Source of the DNA: Obrimoposthia wandeli
Taxonomy: Eukaryota
Reading direction: 5' to 3'
Assembly (NCBI GenBank): GCA_977020255.1
Contig: CDROCS010005030.1
Coordinates: forward strand, 1 to 54,368
Length of the DNA: 54,368 nt
In this document: positions 41,338-49,890 of the stretch, in pieces
How the letters are laid out: every line of letters begins with the position of its first letter
How positions within the stretch are numbered: position 1 is the first letter of the stretch
Made by a program: the position numbers and the translations under genes
Notes under the pieces: generated by a model
The model's database searches: none
What the model was told of the DNA's origin: nothing
The model's input: only the letters and a program-made list of their open reading frames with translations

Positions 41338-42109
41338 ACTGTGATCGAAGGATGTCTCGGTCTAACAAATGCCGTTTTTAATATAATTATTATTGTGTTA
41401 ATAAATTAAACTAAAAATATATTACGATCTACGATTTTATGTTGTTAAAGTTTTTATTTCTACTAAATTGTGAAATTTATTTTCAGGTATATTTATTGTT
41501 TTAAAATCTACATTTTGTAATAACTATTTCAACAATGCTCAGATACATCTAGGACTAGTGCTACTACTAATACCGTCGATTGTAAATATGCTTTATATTT
41601 AGTGATACTTATAAAACCAAATATTGTATAAGTGTATTATGTCTCATATTTGAGGATTTCAAAAAACAATTTGCTAAATGAGTACATTAATTTGATCAAA
41701 TAAATACACTATATTTCAAGATACTAAAAATATTCAAAATAATCAAGCAATATATTTATTTTATGGAATCAATATTTGAATATCATCCCAATATTGGAGA
41801 GAAATTAATGATTGACTATTACTTCAATTGTGAAAATAGTCGAATTTTAGATCATATTACAATTAGTTACATGCATTATTTGTGACATATTTCCTCATAA
41901 TATGTAACATACACAGTGACAATGTAATCCACGTCTGATAAATACATACTTAATCAAACATGAGTAATGTCATAAAATAATGAGTAGAGAGATGTGTCCC
42001 CTTCCGGCCACCCCCCCTCTTAGCGAAAACCGATAATTTTTTTTTTTTTGGGCGGAAATTTTAAATACATACTATAATACTTAATTTTTCCAAGGTCAAT
42101 GTGAAAAGT

Positions 42110-42470
42110 AGGTCAAATTTTGTTATAGTACACATGATTTTTGAGGGTTAAATTCATATTTATGTCACTTTATGCTATAATACGGCTGTTATTAGGTGAT
42201 TTTGGTCTAAATTTATATGTTTTTGTTTAAACACATAAATTTTTATGCCCACAAATTTAAAAACATACTACAACACGTATATTTTTCAAGATAATTATTA
42301 ATGAAGGTCACATTTTGTTATAATACACATGATTTTGAGGGTTAAATTCATATTTATATCACTTTATACTATAATACTTCTGTTTTTAGCGGATTTTACT
42401 CTAAAATTAGATGTTTTTGTTTAAACACATCAATTTTTATGCCCGCAAATTTCAAAACATACTATAACAC
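42110..42470. repeat. Diverged ~195 bp direct duplication in subterminal region
   Basis: aggtca.attttgttata.tacacatgatttt(t)gagggttaaattcat... occurs at ~42110 and ~42305. Confidence 0.85.
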
Positions 42471-42471
42471 T

Positions 42472-42726
42472 AGAACTCAATCACTTGATATTAATCAAAA
42501 TGTGTTAATCTTTATTAAATCCAGAACTCAATAACTCGACTTTAGTCAAAATATGTTAATCCATATTAATTCTAGAACTCAATCACTCAATATTAATCAA
42601 AATATGTTATTCTTTATTAATTACAGGACTCAATCACTCGATTGAAATTCAAATATGTTAATCCATATTAATTTCAGAATTCAATCATTCGATTGAAAAT
42701 CAAAATATGTTAATCCATATTAATTC
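42472..42726. repeat. 5 x 51 bp tandem repeat
   Basis: Units beginning agaactcaat (or a variant) start at 42472, 42523, 42574, 42625 and 42676. Confidence 0.92.
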
Positions 42727-43763
42727 CCCGCAGTGACTTGATGATCTTCAGATTGTTCTTTCTTCGATGAAGTTATTTTGACTCAATAACAAGCTCCAAG
42801 ACTGAATTTGGATTGGACCTATGAGTCTATGAATCTCGAGTCCGGAACTGGTGTCTATACGCCGAAGATTCTCTTTTTGATGGACTGTAGGCTTCCTGTC
42901 TTTGTTGATTATTCTATCAATGTGTTCTCGGACAGGTTTCCGTATACTGACATCATTGAATTCTATAGAAGTGATATGATAGAAGTGAGGAAATTGAGGA
43001 TTAGGATTAGGGTTAGGGAAACATATTATAGAGAAAAAATCGGGTTACGGTACTAAATTATTGAGATTAGGGGAAAGAGGTGAGTATATTATGGAAATAA
43101 CTTAGAGTCATTTGTAATAAAGGAGTGAACAACTTTGACTAACATGAAATCTATTATTCTTTTCAATATATGGATCAATAAATAAGTTATTGAAAGTGGG
43201 TCATTCCACGGTCATTCCAGCTATACAATATTCATACTTTTCATGATTATATGGAGAAATTAGGGTTGGGTTAACATGGGTAATAAATTATATTAGTATT
43301 TTGACAAATATGAATCATTTTGACGATTATATGAATAATTTTCACGATTATATGAATAATTTTAACAAATATGAATACATTTGATGAGTGAATTAGGGTT
43401 TGGGGGAACATAGTATAGTAATATGTTAGAGATAATTAGGGTTTTGGGGAAGATATTTCTTCTTCAACAGAATCATCTTCTCTGGAATCAGTCTCATCTC
43501 CAGAATCAGTCTCTTCACCGACACTAGTCTCTTCTTTAGAATAAGTCTCCGACACTAGTCTCTGACACCAGAGCTCATCCAGGACCCATAAATGTAGTGA
43601 GATAAGCAATCAGATACTAGGTTTGATATAAACTAAAGATGTTTAGTCATATATCAACGATGACAAATATTAAAATCTCCAAGAACATCCCTGAAAAAGC
43701 TGCTCCAACATTAGCAAGAAGAATATTAGCAAACAACTATTTCCCGATGTATCGAATATTAAC

Positions 43764-44159
43764 TTGAAACATGAAATTGTATTGAAGGAACTAGAGAAAC
43801 CCGAATATCAACCAAGTTATCAATATTTGGGATGGGAGATGAATTTTCTCAAGAGTCCAGTAATATATCTATTATCCGATTCTGTCAAGTTATCAAAGTC
43901 AAAATTCGATTATATAATCAATGATATTAGTGAACAAGATATTGAACAACTCAATCATATCTTACATGAATCAGGTACTGGGTATAAGATCCATACTAAT
44001 TCAATGATGATGCGAGCAGATGAAAGGATTTTTACTGAATACTATCAAGCTAACCAAGAAAAATGCTATATCTCAATTTCAATTCAAGGATACAAGATAA
44101 AACGAGATGGATGTTTAAAACCAATTTGGAAATTTACAGAAGGAACTATTATGTCGTAA
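43764..44159 (+). CDS. Hypothetical element-encoded protein (131 aa from TTG; 5' part probably frameshifted from ATG ~43659)
   Basis: This is the longest non-repetitive ORF in this part of the element, with protein-like composition. No family was securely recognised. Confidence 0.4.
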   Translation: MKHEIVLKELEKPEYQPSYQYLGWEMNFLKSPVIYLLSDSVKLSKSKFDYIINDISEQDIEQLNHILHESGTGYKIHTNSMMMRADERIFTEYYQANQEKCYISISIQGYKIKRDGCLKPIWKFTEGTIMS

Positions 44160-44599
44160 AATTTCTATTCTGCCACATATTTTTAATGCTTCAGGGATAG
44201 ATGGTCTTTATTAATTTAGGGATTTAAAGTGATTGACCAATCAGATGAGGGTATATTCAAGTGAATATTCAAACAGGTTCGGGGAAATATGAACAATGAC
44301 GAAAAATATCAAACTCTGCTTCTTCAATTGCTTTCGAGCAACTCGACAGAGCAACTCGACGATTGAAACCATTATACTTTGTCTCAATATGATGATGATA
44401 AGGTTTCTTATATTTCCCCATTAACCCTAACATATATTCCCCCCTCACCTTAAAATACTAATAAAACATCGATATCCAAAAAGTATTAAGATATGAGTTT
44501 TCACGGTCAAATCTGGGAATTCGACCTATCAGTTTTTATAAAATATCCCATAAAGTTGCTCTATAAATGATATTTCCCCTAATTGAATCAAAATTACTA

Positions 44600-46030
44600 T
44601 AGTCAACGTACATCGATATCCGTAAATTACCTGAGAACCTCTATGAATATCATATTAGTCTACGTACACCAACGTATTCCTGAATTATTAAATATGTCTG
44701 AAAGACAACTTTGTCAGTACACCAATATTCCTTAATTATTCAATATTAATCACCTAAATTATTCAGCGTACATTGATATTCTCTAATTATTTCTTATTCT
44801 GCCTTATATTTTATGAAGCTTCGAGTTAAGATATTGATGTGAGTGTTCCCTATTATTATTATATGGCTTCACCATCAGGTTCTGACTAGCTCTATTTTAC
44901 CTTCGGGTTCTGGCTCTAAGACTAGCTTTAGAATTCTCACTGTACTGTGAATGCATAGAATACCGTTCCACTTTGCTTAATTGATATTATTTAAACTATA
45001 TTCGTTCAAAGTCAACTGGATATAAGTCAATATGATAGTCTGTACACCAATATTTCCAAATTATTAACTATCTGAAAGACATTGTAAAATAATTTCATTA
45101 AAGTCTCCACACTAATATTGCTAACTATCTGAAAGACATCGTAAATTAATTGTTATTAACTGTTTGAAAAATATTGAAACTTAATTTCATGATAGTCTGT
45201 ACACCAATATTAACTATCTGAAAGACACCGTAACTTAATTAATATTATTCTCATAATAGTTAGTATACACCAATAATTTCCTAAACATTCAGTAAATATC
45301 CATAATTTCAATAATTTCCTAAAACCATAGAAAATATCCATAATAGTGTACGTACATCAATATTCTCTTCTTATGCGACATTAATTATTTAAAGACCACG
45401 TAAATTATCGGCGTACACTATCGATAATTTTCCTAAGACCGTGTAATATTTCCCAAATTGATCTAATAATAGTTAGTGTACAGCAATATTTCCTATGACC
45501 ACGTTAATATTTCCTCAAATTAATACCCTGTGTACATTAATATATCTCCAAATTAATACTCTCTGTAAATCAATATTATTGAATTTTTCAACATTGAATT
45601 CCTAAGACCAGGGAAATACTCTGAGTACACAAATATTATAGAATGGTCCAACATTGAACCCAAAGACCATGTAAATATACACCAAATTAATCTCATAATA
45701 CTCTATGTACACTAAATTAATATCAAAATAGTCTGCGTACACCAATAATAGCAAGTTATTGAACATTTATTTCCTTAGACCACGTAAATGATCATCAAAT
45801 TACTCTGTGTACACCAAATTATTGAACATTGAAATCCAGAGACCATGTAAATTTACCCTAAATGAATAACAAATTATACTGTATACATCAAAATATCAAA
45901 TTTAGAACATTTATTTCCTTAGACCATGAAAATATTATTAAAATTAATATCATAATACTTTGAACATTTATTTCCTAAGACCACGTAAATTTACCCCAAA
46001 TGAATAACAAAATAGACTGTGTACACCAAT
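44600..46030. repeat. Degenerate minisatellite field (gtacaccaat, aagacc(a)cgtaa, ttgaacatttatttcc, aactatctgaaagaca motifs)
   Basis: About 15 gtacac/gtacat-type motifs occur at irregular 50-150 bp spacing, plus about 9 aagacc motifs between 45390 and 45990. Confidence 0.75.
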
Positions 46031-46041
46031 AATCATTCCAG

Positions 46042-47066
46042 GTATTAATGGTACATATCAAGGGATCTGTATTCGCTTCATTTGATTCAATGCAGCTTTT
46101 GAATTCCGGGTCTCACTGCAAACTTGGTTTCACTTTTTGCACCCATTCTGTCTTCCCACCGCATATTGTCAGCGGCAGCGCATCTTCCCTTTATATGGCT
46201 CATGGCTGTATCAAAGACTGCTCTCCGCACCATCATTACGTCCCTTCCTCCTATCTGGGATACGATGATAACTCCAGCCCATCACCAGCAGCTTAGCCGA
46301 GAAGATGTGGCTTCAGAGGGGTGCACGTCCCTATGGGACTAAGCATGCTCATCTTACATGAAGATGGACGTGTACCAATGCTGACGTCTTCACGGCTTTC
46401 CGGCTCAAGGCTCTCTCTGACGATGGGCTGAGCCTCTGAACTTCTTCCAGTATACCCGGTAAGAATTATTATTATTATTTTAGCATAATTCATGTTTTTG
46501 CATCATGTGCATCTTTTGCAAATATTTACAAATTATTGCAACTATTTGCAACTTTTTGTCTTTGTTATTATTAATAATAATTATTTCCATTTCAGGCTTG
46601 ACTTTCGCTAGCGCGTTCAAGTCGCTGCTTATTCCAGAGGTCAATTCAGTACCTTCTCGGATTCCAACTACTCCGATCACCATAACCTCTACTCCTGCGT
46701 CTCCGATCACCATATCGTCTACTCCGACTCCTGCGTCTCCGATTCCTGCTCCCATCAATACTACTCCGAGTCCTGCTCCCATCAGAGTCGATCTCATACA
46801 GGACCCGGAGATGTACCAGATGTTCCGCGAGGGTATTCGAGGAGGAATGACCTTCGTCAATACGCACAAGACGGATGCGGGACCAGGTTCGGAACTACTA
46901 TATATTGACGTGAACAACTTGTATGGGTGGGCAATGTCTCAATTTTTACCTTGTGGGGATTTTTCATGGGTAACGGATCGGGTAGAACTCGACTCCATAT
47001 TAACTTCCTTCGCGAGTATTGACCTCTCTAAAAGTAGTTACGCTCATCTTTTGGAAATAGATTTAT
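46042..47066 (+). pseudogene. polB: Protein-primed family B DNA polymerase (Polinton-type pPolB), frameshifted, intron-containing, 3'-truncated
   Basis: Motifs occur in the expected order across frames: IRFIDS (~46071), GIFP (~46180), AEKMW..GCTSLWDY (~46300-46342), YMKMDVYLLADVF..FR (~46356-46400, best read with the inverted copy), DGLEPLNFFSIPGL, IRVDLIQDPEMYQMFREGIRGG (~46782-46847), LYIDVNNLYGWAMSQFLPCGDFSWV (motif A, ~46898-46975) and LLEIDL. Confidence 0.88.
46459..46595 (+). other. Spliceosomal GT-AG intron (137 nt, phase 1) in pPolB
   Basis: The donor is CCG|GTAAGA and the acceptor TTTCAG|GC. The interior is very AT-rich between GC-richer exons. Splicing gives ccc g|gc ttg = P-G-L. 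Confidence 0.8.
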
Positions 47067-47105
47067 AGTAGGTAGAAGGATGGAGTCTAGATCACTTGAC
47101 CCCCC

Positions 47106-47228
47106 CTAAAGGGTGTCACACCATAAGGATGTCTTGCCACACCATACGGGTATATGTTGCCTCACCGGAGGTGAGGCAACATATACCCTCATTGTGTGGC
47201 ATGACATCTATGGTGTGACACCCTTTAG
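47106..47228. other. 123-bp near-perfect palindrome/hairpin
   Basis: ctaaagggtgtcacaccata pairs with tatggtgtgacaccctttag (20 bp perfect). gggtatatgttgcctcacc pairs with ggtgaggcaacatataccc (19 bp perfect) around a 3-nt GGA loop at 47167-47169. Confidence 0.95.
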
Positions 47229-47233
47229 AGGAA

Positions 47234-47264
47234 GGGAGGGGGTGGGGAGGGGGTAGGGGAGGGG
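47234..47264 (+). other. G-quadruplex-forming tract
   Basis: GGG A GGGGG T GGGG A GGGGG TA GGGG A GGGG gives six G-runs with 1-2 nt loops. Confidence 0.8.
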
Positions 47265-47274
47265 TCATTAGTGA

Positions 47275-47629
47275 TGTGGACTCCACCTCTTCTTTGATGA
47301 TACACTACTATGGAAGGGTCGAGTGGCTTAGTCTCCACCCTTCTTTTGAGATATACCACTATAGAAGGGTCAAGTGGCTTAGTCTCCACCCTTTCTTTTT
47401 GTGATCTAGTCTCCACCCTTCTTTTTGGTTAACCACTAATTCAAAGGGCCGGGGCAGTGGCTTAGTCTCCACCCTTCTTTTTGTGATCTAGTCTCCAATT
47501 TCTTCAACTTTTGTGGTCTAGTCTCACCCTTCTTTTTGTGGTCTAGTCTCCACCCTTCTTTTTGGCTAACTACTAATTCAAAGGATCAAGTGGCTTAGTC
47601 TCCACCCTTCATTTTTGTGGATCTAGTCC
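47275..47629. repeat. Minisatellite with core tagtctccacccttctttt (~8-10 copies, 25-55 bp spacing)
   Basis: The core recurs near 47330, 47380, 47408, 47464, 47489, 47519, 47545 and 47596. It is mirrored at ~53095-53420. Confidence 0.9.
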
Positions 47630-48776
47630 ATAATGAAAAAATTTAGGATAAAGTTCACTTATCAGTTAAGAAATGTGGTTTTTAACACACACATACAATT
47701 ATTTTATGTGAAATTTAGAATTAAAGTTCACTCTTATGAGTTATGAACACATGCAGAATTCACACACATACTATTCTATATGAAATTTAGATCAAAGTTT
47801 TTTCCAGGCTTACACATTTATAGAATTATGATAAATTTCTTTTAAATAACTAATTATATATTAAAAATAAAAAAATAAAATAAGAAAGAAGTCAGAGAAT
47901 AATACAAAAATTAAATTACATTTATTATGTAATTTCATAATATCATCTTCAAACTTAAGTGAATAACATAGGTAGGTAGATGTAGCACTTCTGGCACAAA
48001 GAACCCCCCTCCCCCCGAGGACAAAATTTTTTAAGGTCAAGTCAAAAATGTAGGTCAAATTTTTTGATGAGGACAAAAACTTTAGGTCAAATTTTGAAAT
48101 TTGCGCGAAATTTTTTAAAAATGTTTGAAATTTCGATGAAAATTTTGAAATTTGCGCAAAATTTTTGAAATTAGCGCGAAAATTTTTGAACTCAAATTTT
48201 TTATGACAGATGTAGGTCAAATTTCTCCCGAGTACACATGATTTTTATTTAAATTCATGAGGACAACCCTAAGGCTCACGATGAGGACAAGATGTAGGTC
48301 ATGAGGTCAAGTCAAGTTAAGGTCAAGTTAAGGTCATGATGAGACAATGTACTTTAAGGTCAACTTAAGGTCATGATGTCAAGTAGAGGACAACTTAAGG
48401 TCATGGTGAGGTCAAAAAAGATTCTATTTTAGTAACATACTTAAAATCTATATCTATCTAACAAAAAAAGACAGTCACGCATCTATATTGCAAATTTTGT
48501 ATCTTTATGTAATCAATAAAATATCGCCTTTATACATGTATATATATATATGTGTGAGTGTCTAACAAAGACGTACTGCATCTATATTGCAATGTAATTA
48601 CAAAGTTTTTGGTCGGTTTGCTAAAAAGTTTAGTTTTGGACCAAGATAGGCACTAGGATCCTTTTCAAATGCTTTTGTAAGTTTATCTAATTTTACAAAA
48701 ATATCAAGCATACCATCCCCTTTTTGCACTCGTTTCTGATTTTGCTTATGCTGTGTAGTCTCTCTTTTCCCCCTTC

Positions 48777-49411
48777 TATAATGTAGGTGTGTAGACTGTG
48801 TAGAACCGAACTACTATATGCTTGTGCTGTGTAGGTCTCCTTATGGATATTTAAGAAAATAGAATAAGAAGGGGGGAAAGAGAGACTATGCTATTGTTAT
48901 CAAGCATATAGGAGTTGCATAAATCTATTTATAGTAACAGTATTATATAGCATTAAAGTTATATAGGAGTTAGGAAAATCATTTATAGTAACAGCACATC
49001 GAATTTTATTTTAAGTTCCTTTTCGAACATTTTGTATTTGCTGAACGTTTTTTGTTCTTTTTTCAGTTATAATGTAGGTGTGTAGACTGTGTAGAATTGA
49101 CATTTATATGCTTGTGCTGTGTAGGTCTCCCTTATGGATATTTAAGAAAATAGAAAGAAGGGGAAAAAGAGAGACTACACAGCATAAGCATATAGGAGTT
49201 GCATAAATTATTTATAGTAACAGCCAGGTATAGCACAGCACAAGCATATAGAGTTAGGGAAAAATCTATTTATAGTAACAGCAGCGAATTTTATTTTGTT
49301 CTTTTTCGAACATTTTGTATTTAAGCTTAATGTTTTTTGTTCTTTTTCAGTTATATATGTAGTGTGTAGACTGTGCAGAATGGAACTACTATATGCTTGT
49401 GCTGTGTAGGT
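48777..49411. repeat. ~290 bp tandem repeat (2.2 copies) with internal inverted repeats
   Basis: tataatgtaggtgtgtagactgtg starts at 48777, 49068 and 49352. atatgcttgtgctgtg and cacagcacaagcatat are reverse complements. Confidence 0.88.
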
Positions 49412-49890
49412 GTTGCCTGTTGACTCTAATTTTGTCGGCGATGCATGCTTTATTACATCAAGAATTTTAAAGGAAATCTTAAAGGTTAATTGCATTTATC
49501 TGTATAAAGGACCAGGCAATACTGGGAAATCAATGCTTATCCAAATCCTTTACCGTTTTGCATGTGAGTATAGGGTATTTGCCCATATGCACAGCAATAG
49601 CCGTCTGGCTACAGATTTGATAATAAATAACAAAGACACTAACTAATAAAGACACTGACTAACAAAGATACTGATTAATAAAAACACTGATTAAAGATAA
49701 AGTATTTGAATAAAATTTACACATTATGATAACGATTAAAATACGTATTTGATGAAGCATAGTCATTAGGAGCAGCAATAGTCCGTTTAGCTTTACCAAG
49801 ATTTGAAGCAGCAGTAACACCAATCGAATGAAAGATAAAATGCAATAACAATGCAAGCAGCATGTAAACTACCATAATGACCATATACTA
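49410..49890 (+). pseudogene. SF3 (parvovirus NS1/papillomavirus E1-like) helicase remnant
   Basis: Walker A lies in the context VNCIYLYKGPGNTGKSML (GPGNTGKS 49509-49532). In another frame there is a possible Walker B YVFDEA (~49742-49759) and TPIE..K...Q..KLP (motif C region, ~49815-49880). Confidence 0.5.

Larger units (their letters stand above)
1..41982 (+). repeat. Tandem array of TFIIB-like gene units (8 x ~4.5 kb A units, 4 x ~1.6 kb B units)
   Basis: Near-identical ORFs start at 3938, 10041, 16189, 20719, 25240, 29747, 34250 and 38769 (spacings 6103, 6148, 4530, 4521, 4507, 4503, 4519). Intergenic DNA repeats almost base for base. The 6.1 kb spacings contain one extra short unit. Array similarity stops abruptly at 41982. 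Confidence 0.98.
47067..47969. mobile_element. Second AG-initiated terminus/insert (AGTAGGTAG...) interrupting pPolB
   Basis: The pPolB frame ends at EIDL exactly where AGTAGGTAG begins. A C-run, a hairpin, a G-tract and a minisatellite follow. An alternative reading is a GTAGGT splice donor. Confidence 0.45.
46332..48743 (+). repeat. Left arm of large inverted repeat
   Basis: It is the reverse complement of 51982-54368, with many small indels. The match continues to the window end, so the arm may extend further left. Confidence 0.95.

Noticed and set aside
1-41982. Array as a pure rolling-circle/MDA concatemer artefact
   Set aside because: Two unit types with linked diagnostic SNPs, recombinant units and position-dependent variant gradients are not expected from copying one circle. 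Exact copy number remains unverified.
42472-42726. CRISPR-like array
   Set aside because: The 51-bp units are contiguous with no unique spacers, no cas genes are present, and the context is eukaryotic.
42730-43620. 82-aa plus-strand ORF, an ATG-less ~100-codon minus frame and an acidic ~54-codon minus frame (EETDSGDETDSREDD)
   Set aside because: These are short or lack a start codon and have no recognisable motif. They may be decayed element genes, but this cannot be supported.
46505-46595. Hydrophobic signal/transmembrane-like N-terminus of the 187-aa ORF
   Set aside because: It is read-through of the AT-rich intron, not protein sequence.
47225-49495. ORFs at 47225-47416, 47861-48220 and 49208-49495
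   Set aside because: They are translations of the minisatellite, TIR and 290-bp repeats with low-complexity composition.
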